A stretch of 45,332 nt of DNA, filler included, from Jimgerdemannia flammicorona (taxonomy: Eukaryota): the NCBI GenBank assembly GCA_003990765.1. It is 2 parts of 2 records of this genome, joined end to end, with 100 filler letters (N's around TTAATTAATTAA, not from the genome) between each part and the next. Parts side by side here need not be neighbours in the genome. Positions count along the whole stretch, not along the records: positions 1 to 22,619 come from RBNJ01001240.1; positions 22,720 to 45,332 come from RBNJ01001241.1. One strand, written 5' to 3'. How positions within the stretch are numbered: the stretch's first letter is position 1; each line of letters starts with the position of its first letter. Position numbers and translations under genes: made by a program. The notes beneath the pieces are model-generated. The model was not told the DNA's origin and searched no databases. It saw only the letters and a program-made list of their open reading frames with translations. This document shows positions 11,070 to 23,557 of the stretch, in pieces.

Positions 11070-13085
11070 CTAAGATCTTATAGTCCTCAAACTTCTTATC
11101 TTTAAACTGTTCTGTTGTCTCTTGGATTTACTTGTATAGAATTGAGTAGAGGACTGAAATTTTTGTGCTTTTGAGTAGTTGGGTACTTGAATGCTTGAGT
11201 GTTTTAATACTGACTTTATTTTAAAGAAATAAGAGAAGTATTTATACAAAATATAATTCAATGGTTGCTAAGTTATAAAACTAAATATAAATCCTAATAA
11301 CTAAATAAATAAGATACTTAAATATAGAAAACTTCAGATTGTAAGTATAAATTTGAGTGTCTATATAAATAGTTGTATAAGATCAAAATACCAGAATAAT
11401 TTCAATAGTTATATAAAGAACTTAGAGCAGAATGTTCAGAATCCTAGAGACTTTATCTTCATCACTATTACTAAGACCAGAGGTTGGGATACATATCTTC
11501 AAAAGAGATAAAGTCAGCAAATGTTTTTATAAATATTTCATTTATTTCACATATTTCATATATTTCATATATATCAATTAGCAGAATAATATCATTGCTA
11601 ATGATGTCATTATATCCAGTAGTAGCAGAGAGAGCAAGGAGATTAAGGGCTCTCTAATCTATGATATTTTCCTCCACAAAGTAGAAAATAAAGGTGGGAT
11701 CTTGAGGGGATCTGATCTGGATACTGGGGCTTAGAATACTGAGATTAATTCTAGAGGATGAGATTCTAGAACTCTTCTACTTTATTACTTTTGAGAGTGA
11801 TGGTGGCTTCTATGGCTACTATGGCCTCTAGTACATCTGTGCAGTGACTGATAATTTCTTAAAGTTTGAGACTCTAATATACTCTAAGTTGGAGATTGAC
11901 TAAGGTATATACCTAAAGATCTAATGGATCTTTTTAGCTACTCTCAATTTATATATATCTATAGAGATGTTATCTTGTATCTCTTAGAGGCTGGTCTAAG
12001 AGAATTTCCAGCAAAGGAGATTTCTTATTTCATATTTCTGCTATATCTAGAGATATTCAGTAGCAGTAGTGATCCTTATCTCCATCTCACAGTAGTAGAG
12101 AGTAAAGTAGTAGGAGTCACCAGTATCTAGGTTGAGGCTTCTGGTATAGGTCTTTATAACTCTCTTAATATCTTAGAACATTCTTTCTTGGACTGAGAAA
12201 TCTTGGTGATTCCTAGATCTTACAGTTTAGTAAGTAGCTGATATTTTATTTATAGTGAGTCTTTCAAACTATTTTAGGATTTTATAAGTCTTATTTATAT
12301 TGCTGCTATAGTTTCTTAGTTCTTCTTTTATATTCCTTGAGATCTCTATCTTATAGTCATCATGACTCATAGTTGGTCATCATTACTCATCTTGTAGCCT
12401 GGATAAGTTATGCTGTATGATCTTCTTATATGATGATCTAGTAGCTTGTAAGAAAAGGCTCCTGTAATGATATCACTATTCTGAGATCACTATTATATCT
12501 TCCTTCTGAATAAGAATCTTTTCTTAAATGTTCTTATTCATTAGTCTAGTCTAAAAATTTTTCAGATCTCATAACCTCTGGCAAGGAGTCAAAAAGTGAT
12601 ATTTATAGACTGATATCTTCTTTATATATTTTGACATAATGGTAAAGAGTAGCTCCTTTTATATAAAGCAAGGGTCTGATTCTGATCTTAATCAATCAGT
12701 TGATAATTTGAACTTCTCTAACTTTAAAAGTCTTATGAATGAGTAGTTGCTAATATTATATTCCTTAGAGAATGATCCAGACAGATTGCCTGCTAGTTAT
12801 AAGATATACTATTATAATTTGCAGACTAGAACCTTATAGGCAGTCATCATATTTTACTTCTCTTATATATGTTTATAGTACTTCTTAAGTCTATTCCTAT
12901 GTACTGTAGTAGGCAGTATGATCTCTAAGAGTTTTCTAAGTTAGAAGATAGTTCTCTTGATATCTTATACATAGAAGAGTCTTTTCTATTTGAGCTCTAG
13001 TTTTCATAACCATAAGGCTTCTACTATATTTTGATATAGTAGAACCTTTTCTCTAATTTGAATAGGTTTTAGAGTCTTATAATTC
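11070..13085 (-). mobile_element. 3' part of a Gypsy element related to family A (element X): integrase C-terminus, accessory ORF region, PPT and probable LTR
   Basis: Reverse complement of 12860-13080 aligns with element A ~7980-8185 (KVLLYQNIVEALW..RLKKYY). PPT-like GGAGGAAAA at ~11667-11675; TATAAATA/AATAAA pair near 11215-11250. Which element owns that LTR, and its end, are uncertain. Confidence 0.7.
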
Positions 13086-13089
13086 TTTT

Positions 13090-15102
13090 CTAGAGAAGTA
13101 TGAAATATTATCATCTTCCTGAGATACATTCAATTCTCTATCCTGAAAGTTATTATCACTAAAGCTATCATCTATGATATAATTCTTAGTACTAGCTGGA
13201 AGAAAATGAATATAGTTGTTGATATTGATTAATAAGTACTCAAGTTTGACTACTAAGGTAAGAAGTACAGAGTTAAGATAACCAGCTATGAGCAATTAAA
13301 GAAGAAGAAGAAGGTTACTATCTAGGAAGAATATATCAGCAGTAAAGAGTCTACTATAGAAGAGGAAGAAGAATCCAAAGATGGAAATAATTTCAGACTC
13401 AATCTCCAAATCAATCTAATAGATGATAGGCCAGAAGACAACATATAGGTCAGAAATACTATCTCTATTACTATCAGAGCTATTGCAGAACAGATCAAAG
13501 GATGCCCCATCTATCTTAAGAGACACAAGTATCCTAAGTACTCCTCTAAGATCATTGAGACAAGGAATTCATCTGGTACAGTCTGCTCTGAGTGCAGAAG
13601 AAAGAAGAAGAAATACAGATATATTCCAGAAACACTTACAGCTGAAGCTATAGAAATACAAGCAATCTGGGATCAAAAATCATCTGAGAAAGAAGAAATC
13701 CCTAAACAGGAGATTTCTGAACAAGAAGTATCTAAAAAAGAAGAGGTCTCCAAACTCATTTCCTGTGATGATCCTTACTAGATATTACCTAAAGATAATG
13801 ACTCTTAGAATATTGAAGAAGGATTCAGTATAATTCTCATTATCCCAAAGTAAGAAATATATATATCAAGAAAGAGCCTTTTGGCTAAGAAGATATCTAC
13901 ATCAAATGGTCTTCTACTCTCTCCAAGACTACTGTTATTAGTTCCACCTACTAGATTAATAAGATATAGACTCTGAAGGCCAGAACTCTCAACTATAATT
14001 ATATAGTCAACTACTTTTCAAGAAGTTATTATAAGATTACAAAGTCAATTTAGAGGATAAGGTCTCTTTATCTAAACAGAAGTATATCCCTTGGCCACTC
14101 TTTCTCCAACCTATAACTAAGATAGATACTAATTTCTAAGATAACAGAAGATTAATAACTAAGAATAGTATTTTTGAGTAATGAGATATTGTAACTATAA
14201 AAGACACCCAGACTTCTGAAACTATAAATACCAGAAGATTCACCTCAGTCAGAATGTTACAATCCACACACTGAAGAGAGGAGATAACAGAACTCAGATT
14301 TGAAAAAGCCAGACCAAGAAGCCAGAAAGAAGGACTCTCAAAATCTATAATTTAGAAGAAGATATCCTAGCTCTCATCAGATATACAATCTGCTAAAAAT
14401 GGGTAGAAGATATCACCAATTTTATGGAAGCCCTAGACTCTATAGGAAAAAGAGAAATTAATTATCTCAAAGATCTCTCTACTAGAGCCAGATGGCTATA
14501 CCTTAATCTCAGAGCTTAGAGACTTTCTACCAGTAGAGCTTCAGTACAAGAATAGCTCAAACTCAGCAAAGATATTGCTCAGTATGTTCTGCTATATTCT
14601 AAGGCCAAACCCCTGACCAAAGCTTACTAAGATATAGGGTATGACCTCTACAGTCTAGAGGATGAATCTATCAAGTTTGAAAGAACATTAGTGTTCAGAA
14701 CTGGACTAGCCATGTAGCCACCCAAAGAAACCTACATCTAACTAACCTTAAGATCTGAACTTATCAGACAAGAAGTAACTATAGAAGGAGAAACTATAGA
14801 TCTAGAATATATAGATGAAATAAAGATCATTTTGTACAATAGTGATATAAAATAGTACTAAATTCTTAAAGGACAGAATATTGCTCAAGCAATCTTCATA
14901 AAAGTCAAGACCTCTCAATTATAAGAAGTCTTTAGACTGACTGAAGGATCAAAGCAAGCTGAAGGATTTGGAAGCTCAAATAAGAAGAAAGTATATCTCC
15001 TTCAGATCAACTACCTCAAGAAGAATACTTCTCAGTAAGTATATCACCAACTGGTCAAACTATACAAGAATCTCATTCTGGAGCCTAGAGAGCAAACCAC
15101 CT
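13090..15102 (+). mobile_element. Internal fragment of Gypsy family C (protease C-terminus, Cys/His spacer, dUTPase)
   Basis: Colinear with ~33680-35695 of the complete C element, more mutated; ends at a LINE 5' junction. Confidence 0.9.
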
Positions 15103-16167
15103 TACATCTTCCTGGCAGGGTGGGTGTCAATCCTGAATGTATACTGGTTCCCCAAGCTGTGGTACATGGCATATCACTTAGACTTTCTGGCCTGGGTGGT
15201 GAAAAGGCTGATGAAACTGACTAAAGATTGGATTTGGGCAGGAAGAAGGTCCCAGATCAGTTGGGATACCCTTGTGACACTAGTGATTAGGGGAGGCCTA
15301 GGTCTTGTGGACTTTCCTAAGTATCTATACTGCTTGCAAGCATGGTGGTTGAAAAGGGCAGTTGAATTATAGAGAGAAGGTTGGGTACTACTGATGCAGA
15401 AGGTGTAGGAGATGAGATTCTCTCCTCAAGGTTCTTCAGGAGACTTGCTCTCTCTGGTGGGTCTGAATGGAAGCTGGCAGATGTAGTATAAGGGCTTCTG
15501 GTGGGGAGTGGTGGATGGAGTACACTATATTGGCCTATACTGGTGTGGCAATGAGGGGGAGGTGGTGTGGGGTCCTGCTATGTAGCAGTGAGACTGACTG
15601 CTTCTAGGGAGGAGTCTGCTGACAGAGTTTGACATTGGTGATGGAGTGGAGTATCAGTGGAGTCTTGGCCAGAATCTTTGACTGAGTAGTTGGCAGGCAG
15701 TGAGGATTGGTGAGGAGTGGGACTGGGCAGAAATCTGGTCCTGGAGTACTGAGGTGTGGTAGTGGCTTTCTCCCAAGTTCTGGGTGGTTTGGTGATGAAT
15801 GCTGAGGAGGAATATTATGTTAAATTTCCATGCTAGGTATCTGGTGGAGGGGGGCCAACTGGATTGTGAGGAGTATTATAATGTCAGACAAGCAGGGGGA
15901 TTTGTGCAGATACCAGAACATTGGCTGCGGGAGTATGAGGTTTTGGGGGACTTTTAGATAGCTATAGGGGACCAGCTGGGTGTAGAAAGGAGGCTGGATA
16001 GAGAGAGAGGCCATTGGGAGGATTTAAGATCTCAACTAGTGAGAGGGGTTGGCAATGAGTAGCTTACTGTAGGATGGGTTGTAGCAGTGTAGGTAGGGCT
16101 AGCTGGTCATTGGTTTTTTGTTTTCAAGGAAGGGTAACAGATAGAGATACAGGAGAAGTTATTGAAG
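15103..16167 (+). mobile_element. 5'-truncated LINE fragment (ORF2 3' part)
   Basis: LAGWVSILNVYWFPKLWY..GGLGLVDF, colinear with ~20600-21660; 3' end cut where the next LINE begins. Confidence 0.85.
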
Positions 16168-16249
16168 CATCTTTCACCCATACTATTCAGGTGATACAAG
16201 ATCTCAGCAACACTTTTCTCAACATTTTTGGTAACAGACGACTATCAAT

Positions 16250-18190
16250 ATGGATGGCAATGATCAATCTGGCAGACATGCTGACCAGGGAGGTGATGGT
16301 GTCTTTGACTGGCAGCAGGTGGGGAGGAGGAGTGATGGTTTGGGGATGCCGGGGGCCTCGACAGCCACCTGAGACACTGGGGGCAGAGGGAGGGGCAGCT
16401 TGAGGCAGTAAGGAGGAGAGAGGTCGACCTTCACAGACAAGGTCAAGATGGGGAGGATGGCCTCAGGTCTGGATGGTTGGCTGGGTCTGAGATAGGCATC
16501 GATAACTACTGCTAGGGGACAGAGAGAAGTATCTGAGGGAGTATCTGATGGTAGGGGTGAAGGGGGAGTAGGGGCAGGAGATGTGACTGTTGATGAGACT
16601 GTGACTGAGGATCTGGCAAAAAATCCAGATATGATGGTAGCTACTAATTCAGGACAGGGGGTGGGTATGAGGTCTGGGGACCTGGCAGATGGGGTGATGG
16701 GCATGGTGTCAGCACCATTACTCAAGAAATCAAGGTTGGAATTCATGGTCACAATATGTTTCAGAGACTTGGCAGTAATGGCGAGGATGATTCTGAGGCT
16801 GGTGGCACAGGAGGCAAAAGGTGTGGCTTCAGTGAAGTTTTTGAAAGGGAAAGAAGGGATCAAGGTGGGGTTTGAGGAAGAGGAAGCACTGCTGGTAGCT
16901 ATAGAGAAGGGGGTGACAGTGAGTGGGATTGTGGTCCCTATGGCCAGGTGCATGTACTGGGACCCCAGAGTGGTGCAGTTGACAGTTTTGGATCTTCCAA
17001 TAGTGTCGAAGGAGAGAGCTAGAGAGTTGATTGTGCAGGTAGTCAAGGAATATGGGGAGATTGTGGATGTTGGGTTCAAGGTCTGGGAGGGTACCAAACT
17101 CCAGATGGGGGACATCGATATCAGGGTGTGATTGGCTGGAAAGGAGAACATGGGGAAGATGAGAGACTGGCCAGTGACACTGAGGTGGAGACCAGTGGAG
17201 TGCAGGATCATGAGGGTGAAGGAGACTCTGGAGGAGGAGGAGGACTTGCTTGAGGCACTGGAGGACCTGGAAGGGGCAGTCAAGAGAAGGTGATTGGCAT
17301 GGAAGAAGTATGTAACCAGGACAGTGGTAGAGGAAGTGGATGGAAAGAGGGTCAGGATGGATCAGATGACCTAGGAGAAGATGCAGGGGAGGAAAATTCA
17401 GAAGGAGCTGTTGGTGAAGCTGGGTTGGGGTAGAGTAGGTGGCAGCACAGAAGGTGGAAACACAGGATTGAGGGAGAGTGCCTGGGCTAGGGAAAGCAGG
17501 TTGGTCCAGGGTGGGGCTCAGAGTGGATTGAGAGAGGTGAGGGAGGGTAGTGGGGAGGCTGATGCTGAAATGAGCAAAGGAGTATACCCTCAGTATAGTG
17601 TCCCAGGAAGAGAGAGAGGGGAGGAGGAGTTGCTGGATGTCCCAGATGAGGAGTGGGATGAGTCAGTGAGGAGGAGTGCCCTGGTGGACCAAGGAGTGGA
17701 AGGGGGGCAGGTTGTCCAGGGTGTGGCAGAGGCAGTAGATGAGAAGAAGTGGCTGTGGAAGACTCTGGAAGGGGTGGTGGCTGAGGAGCTAGGAGGAGAG
17801 AACTTCTGGATTATAGAAGAGAGGCATTGAGAGGAGATCCTTCAGGGGGAGGAGGTGCCGAGGAAGGTGAGGAATGAGATCCTGGCAGTTCTATTGGAGT
17901 CAGTTGAATACCAGGTTGATGATCAGTGGGAGAAGGAGCTTAGGAGGATTGCAAATAACAGAGTGAAATTCTTGTGGAACTCAAGGAAGGGATTGAAGAA
18001 GTAGCACACAGTCTGCAGGGACTACCAGTCAGAGATGGAGGTGGTGGATGGGGTGGAATGTCAGGAGATCTTGGAGACATTGGATGCTCAGACTGTTGTG
18101 GAGGGTGACTTGGAGGCAGAGTGGTACTTGGATCTGGCTGGGGATGAGATGAGCATAGAGTACTAGGATGGGACTGCATTTGCAAATATT
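16250..18190 (+). pseudogene. LINE ORF1 remnant
   Basis: ATG 16250 in frame with the 16583 ORF; RRM-like segment VVQLTVLDLP..KEYGEIVDV typical of L1/Tx1 ORF1; several stops; 3' end approximate. Confidence 0.7.
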
Positions 18191-18197
18191 TTTCAAT

Positions 18198-21100
18198 ATG
18201 AATAGTATAACCAGGATTTTTTCTTTGAACATAAATAGGCTATGGGGGGTGATAAGGAGAAAGTATATATTTGGCTGGCTAAAGGGACTGAATGTGGATC
18301 TCTTCTTGTTATAGGATATTCATTATGAGACAGATGTGGACTTACAGAATTGGACTAAGGAATGGGGGGGGGCTGTAGTGTGGATGGGGAGAGTGGGTAT
18401 CCTTATTCGGAAAGAGATGGGGGACATTGGGGACATTGGACATTGGGGGTCTTGGTTGGTATGGGGAGTGTGGAAGTGGCCTGGATGGAGCCCATTGATA
18501 GTGGGGTCTATTTATTGCCCAGCTGAGAGAGGGGAGCAAGTGGCTTGGATTCACAGGTTAAAAGAGGCTGGCATCTTAGGAGAGGTTGGGTTGGACTGTT
18601 TAGGGGGTGACTTCAATATGGTGTGGGATAAGGTGGTGGACAGAACAGATGGAGGGAGAGGAATGCAGAGTAGGAGTGGTGGATTGGAGGACTGGTTGGA
18701 GTTGGAGAGGTTGAGTTCTCTGGTGAATTCAGGAAGATGGTTTTGGGATGATCATTGGGTTTATATGCATTGGGCTGCAGAACTGGGCTCCAGGATTGAC
18801 TGGATTGTGATGGCAGATTGTTGGAGTGTAGATGTCTGGACAATGCTAGAGGTGGTCTGGTGTCTATGGTCTGATCACTGGGGGCTGCTAGGAGGGGGGA
18901 GGTTTGGGGGTAATGAGGATGGGCCTGGACATTGGTGCCTAAACTCTTCTCTGTTGGAGGATGGGGATTTGTGGACAGATTGAGAAGCAGAGATCATTGG
19001 GAACATTGGAAGGTGGCAGGACCAGGGCCTGGAGATTGGGAACTGCTGGAGGAGGCTGAAGGCAAATGTTCAGAGGTACTGGAGGGAGGCAGGAAAAGGA
19101 AGGGGTGTCCAAAGATGGGGAAGGGTGTTATGGGCATCACAGCATTTGGCAGCACTCATGAAGCGATAGATGGGTGTGCTGGAAGATCAGGAGGTGACCA
19201 ACTGGCATATTGTGAGGATCCAGAAGGAAGTTGTAGAGCTTAAAGAAGTGCTACATCAGGAGGAGGAGCTGAGGCTACAGGGGATGGTGGCACAGTTGTG
19301 GTAGCAAGGGCTTGAGGAGGGGGGGAGACCTACTAGGTTTCTATCATAGATGCTTCAGGTATGATGAATGAAGCAGCAGTGGGATGGGGTCCTGGATGGG
19401 GATGGGGAGCTGGTAGTGGGGGCACCAGTGATTCTTGGATTGCTGCAAACCCATTGGGAGGGTCTATGGAGTGAAGAGGAGAGTGGGGAAGATGCCTTGG
19501 ACATTGAAAGGTAGCTGGGAGATTGGCATCCAGACCCCATGATGGGCCTGGGGAATTTGGGAGACCCAGTGAGCCAAGAGGAAATCAGCAGGATCCTGGC
19601 TACAACTAGCAAGGGGACAGCACCAGGGGAGGATAGACTCCCCTGGGACTTCTGGAAGAAGATAACTGGAGTGGGCGTGGTGTTGGAGGAAATGGCAGAT
19701 ATGTGCAGAGAGGTTCTTCAGTCTGGAACTTGGATTGGGGGCCAGTGTCTGGGGTTGGTCTCCTTGCTCTACAAGAATAAGAGGAGGCAGAAAGATTGGA
19801 AGAACTGGCAGCCGATCATGCTACTCAACATGGACCACAAGCTGGTGATAAAGATTTTGGTGATAAGGCTGTAAGGTATTGCTCAACAAGTTCTTGGTGT
19901 TGAACAATGTGGATTTGTTGGTGGCCAGTTGATCCATAATGGAATGATGTGGGTCCATGGTGTGATTGAAGGTGCCTGGACTGCAGGGGTGGATGGCCAG
20001 TTGGTCTTCTTGGATCAGGAGAAGGTGTATGATAGAGTATGGAGAATTTGGCTAGAGGGAGTGTTGAAGCGGATTGGTATTCCCCCTAGGGTTCATAGGT
20101 CATTGATTGGCCTTTTGGAGAATAGTCAAGCTGCATTGGTTATTAATGACCACAGGGGGGTGGTATTTCCCCTTGGCTGTAGGGTGCTGCAAAGGGACCC
20201 TTTGTCACCCATCTTGTATGCCCTCTCCCTGGAACCCTTACTAGATAGGATCTAGCATCAAATTGGAGGTTTGGACATTCTAGGGATAAATTGGAAGATG
20301 GGGGCCTTTGCAGATGACATGGTGGTTAGACTGAGCTTGTTGAGGGATGTTGAGGAATTACAATGGTCTGTTGATTGGTATGAGAGGGGCTCTGGTGCTA
20401 AACTCAATTGGCACAAATGTGAGACTTTGGTACTAGGTGGTGGAATTATTGGTGGTGATGTAATTGGGATGGTAGTACCAGCAGGCAAGCCAGTGCAGTA
20501 CTTGGGGATCTACTTCTCAGTGTATGGGTCTCTCCTTCCCCAGGCATAGTGGGATTGGCAACTACTGGAGTGGAGAAATGTACTCTTATGGTAGGGGGGA
20601 CAGTTTCTGTCCCTGGTGGGGAGGGTGATGGTGCTGAATGTATATTGGCTGCTGAAGCTGTGATATGTTGGATACCATCTGGACTTTCTGGCTTGGGTGG
20701 TTAAGAGGCTGTTGAAGATGGCAAAATCATAGATCTGGGGGGCTGGCAAAGTCAGATTGGTTGGGAAACACTCACACTATCCATGGAAAGAGGTGGGCTG
20801 GGTTTAGTGGACTTCACCAAGTAGCTTCTTTGTTTGAGGGCCTGGTGGCTGCAGAGGGTGAGTGAGCTAAGGGGCTGGGAATGGGTACCACTCATGCAGA
20901 GGGTGTGGGAGGTCCAGTATTCCCCTCATGAAAACTCTGGTGACCTGCTTGCAATGGTGGTCATGGATGGAAGCAAGAAGATATGATATAAGAGCTTTTG
21001 GTGGGGGGTGGTAGATGGAGCTAAGAGGATTGGACTTCAGTGGCAGGGTGGGGAAGAAGAGGAGGACTGGGGACCACAGATGTGGCAGTGGGACAGACTT

Positions 21101-21703
21101 CTGCTGGGTGGTATCTTGGCAGAGAACTTCCAGCTGGGTGAGGGTATGGAGTGTCTGCAGGGCTTGGATGGTGACCTTTGGCCTAAAGCCTGGTAGAGGG
21201 TCAGGATTGGTAAGGAGTGGGACTGGAATGGGCTTTGATGTTGGAGCAAGCAGGTGATGTGGTGGCTGCCCCCCAAGTTCTGAGTGATATGGTGGCAATT
21301 TCTCTGACAGAATGTGATGTTGAACTATCAGTCTGGATACTTGGTAGAGGGGGGCATTTTTGAGTATGAAAATTGTCTTGATGTTAGTCAGGAGAGAGGA
21401 GTGGTGCAAATGCCTGAACATTGACTTGGCGAGTGCAATATGTTGGGGGTATTCTGGAGTCATATCATGGACTGGTTAGGGCTGTGAGCTCTAGAGGGAG
21501 AGGTAGGGAGGAAGTGGGGAGAGCTCTGCCAAAGGCTGGTTGGTGGGGTTGGGGATGAATAGTTGACACTCGGCTGGGCTCTGGCTATATAAGTTAGGAT
21601 AGCTGGACATTGGTTACATGTATTTGAGGAGGGTAGGCAGGTTGGGGTTGGGGATAAGGTAGCATGATGGAAATGGTTGTTGCTGGACATTTTGAATGGC
21701 TAG
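18198..21703 (+). pseudogene. LINE ORF2 (APE endonuclease-RT-zinc finger) remnant
   Basis: SLNIN, GGDFN, SRIDW, SDH (APE); APGED, NWQPIMLLNMDHK, LDQEKVYDRV, QRDPLSP, FADD, YLGI (RT); Cys/His cluster near 21370-21440. Confidence 0.92.
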
Positions 21704-21908
21704 TGGTGGGGGTGGGGGCCAGAGAGGGGGAGTCACAGGGATTTGGTACAGGGTATTTCTCGGAAAAGTAACAGGAGGGTTTGGGTAGTGGGTGACTGGG
21801 TTGTCTTTGGGCAGGAGGGCATCAAGGGGGGTGGAATGGGTCCAAGGGGTATTGGTTGAAGGGTTGGGGTGATACTGTATTATTATTATTATAGACAGTA
21901 GTAATAAA

Positions 21909-22619
21909 GAGCAGTTCAGGGGTGCTCCGCTGGCTATGTTCGATATTGGAGAGGAAGTGGAGTATCAGCAGGGGCCTGGCCAGGATCTTTGGCCGAGTGG
22001 CTGACAGGCAGCAGGGATTGGTGAGGAGTGGGACTGGGCAGGTATCTGGTCTTGGAGTGCCAAGATACAGAGGTGGCTTCCTCCCAAGTTCTAGGTGGTA
22101 TGGTGGAGAATGTTGCAGAGGAATGTCATGCTGAATTTCCACATAGGGTATTTGGTAGAGGGTGGACAATTCAAATGTGAGGAGTGTTATGATATGGGGC
22201 AAGTGGAGGATTATGTACAGATGCCAGAACATTGGCTGGGAGAGTGTGAGGTTCTGGGGGAATTTTGGGCTGCAATAGGAGATAGATTGGGTGTGAGAAG
22301 GAGGCTGGGGGGGGAGGGTGGTCATTGGGTGGACTTGAGATCTCAACTTGTAGGTGGGGTGGGTGATACATAGTTGGCTCACTATAGGGTGGGTATTAGC
22401 AGTATAGGTGGGACTGGCAGGATATTGGCTTTTTGTGTTTGAGGAGGGATGGCAGTTGGGGCTGTGAGAGAAGGTGTTAAGGTGGGAGGGGCTGTTGGGG
22501 GATCTGTTGACTGGTTGGTGGGTGGGTTGGGGTCCTCAGGGGGGTTGACATCGCTGTTTGGTGGTTAGGGTCTGTGAGCAGAGTGGTGGGAGGATAGCAA
22601 TAGTGTTAGACAAAGTGGT
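21909..22619 (+). mobile_element. Second 5'-truncated LINE fragment
   Basis: Colinear with ~15600-16160 and ~21100-21700; CEEC..PEHWLGEC zinc finger; runs into the gap. Confidence 0.85.
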
Positions 22620-22719
22620 NNNNNNNNNNNNNNNNNNNNNNNNNNNNNNNNNNNNNNNNNNNNTTAATTAATTAANNNNNNNNNNNNNNNNNNNNNNNNN
22701 NNNNNNNNNNNNNNNNNNN
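22620..22719. other. Assembly gap / contig spacer (44 N + TTAATTAATTAA + 44 N)
   Basis: Exactly 100 bp, symmetric, carrying a six-frame stop motif at 22664-22675. Confidence 0.95.
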
Positions 22720-23557
22720 TCCATCGACTCTCCAGCGCCTTGCGCTTGGCAGCCTCATCAGCCTCCTGTTTCACCTGCCGTGTCTTCTTCCACGCGCTGA
22801 ACGTCTCGAGGTTCACTGGTGTGAGGTTCGTGCCAAGTTTGTGACGTTCCGTCTCCAAGAAGTCCTCGATACTAATTTCCTCCTTGTCGTCATCCTTCTT
22901 CTTCTGCGACTTAAGCACAAACCCAGGCGGAAGCGCGTGCCTGTACTTGCATTCCATACCTCCGTTCGGGCACTCCCAGAACCAGCCATACTTTTGGTTC
23001 TCAATCGCCTCCAAGAAATGCTTGCAGACGATATCGGTCGTCGTCCGCGGGTTGCCCTGTTTGGACAAGACGACCTCCTCCAGCTTCGATTGGTCCCATT
23101 TGTCCATGGTGTCTGCTTGTAAATCATCCCTGGTGTCGGTGTACAGATCTTTTTTCGCGGTCTTGCGTTCAATGTTCAAATCGTGAGAGAACTTGCACTT
23201 GGTGCCCTTGTCGCAGCTGCCAGCCTTAAAGTACTGGCATAGCACAGTCTTGGGGTCGGTGCCGAAGGGGATCTTCTGGGCGACCTGGATGGGCTTGAAG
23301 AGCTCGGCGAGCTCTTCCTTCTTCTTCTGCTCGGCAAGTTTCTTGGCCTCAATGTCCTGCTTAGCCTTCTCCTTCTCCAGCTGGGCCTTCCGATTACCGG
23401 CAGCCATCACCTGTTGCTGAACCTGCTGGACATGCTGCTTGACCTTTGCGGATTTGTTTTTGTTCTTCAGGCCAAATGTCTTGTCTTCGATGAGCTTTGC
23501 CTTCTCCTTGTTCACGGCCTTCGTGGAGCCTCCGGCGGGTGCCTTCTTAGGGGGCAT
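22720..23557 (-). CDS. TMA46: Translation machinery-associated CCCH zinc-finger protein (Tma46/ZC3H15/DFRP1); 3' end lost in gap; possible retrocopy
   Basis: MPPKK..EDKTFGLKNK, CQYFKAGSCDKGTKCKFSHD, CKHFLEA..KYGWFWECPNGG.CKYRHALPPGFVLK, DFRP region. Uninterrupted frame, no introns, CpG-rich. Confidence 0.93.

Larger units (their letters stand above)
16168..21908 (+). mobile_element. Near full-length L1/Tx1-type non-LTR retrotransposon (inactivated)
   Basis: Short 5' UTR, ORF1, ORF2 with APE endonuclease, RT and C-terminal CCHC; G-rich 3' UTR ending in (TAT)n and AATAAA. Ends approximate. Confidence 0.9.

Noticed and set aside
11463..11520. CACTA or CAGAGGTTGG as a DNA transposon terminus
   Set aside because: No matching inverted end or transposase found; adjacent coding remnants are Gypsy-derived.
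14968..15372. ORF spanning the Gypsy-LINE junction as a fusion gene
   Set aside because: Chance read-through; the Gypsy half is out of its coding frame.
16264..17283. 339-aa antisense ORF in the LINE
   Set aside because: Low-complexity Ser/Pro/Thr shadow of the G-rich ORF1 strand; no motifs.
22620..22719. TTAATTAATTAA as a biological motif, the TMA46 C-terminal LIN-stop, and LINE-TMA46 adjacency
   Set aside because: Artificial six-frame-stop spacer in a 100-bp gap; adjacency across it is unproven.
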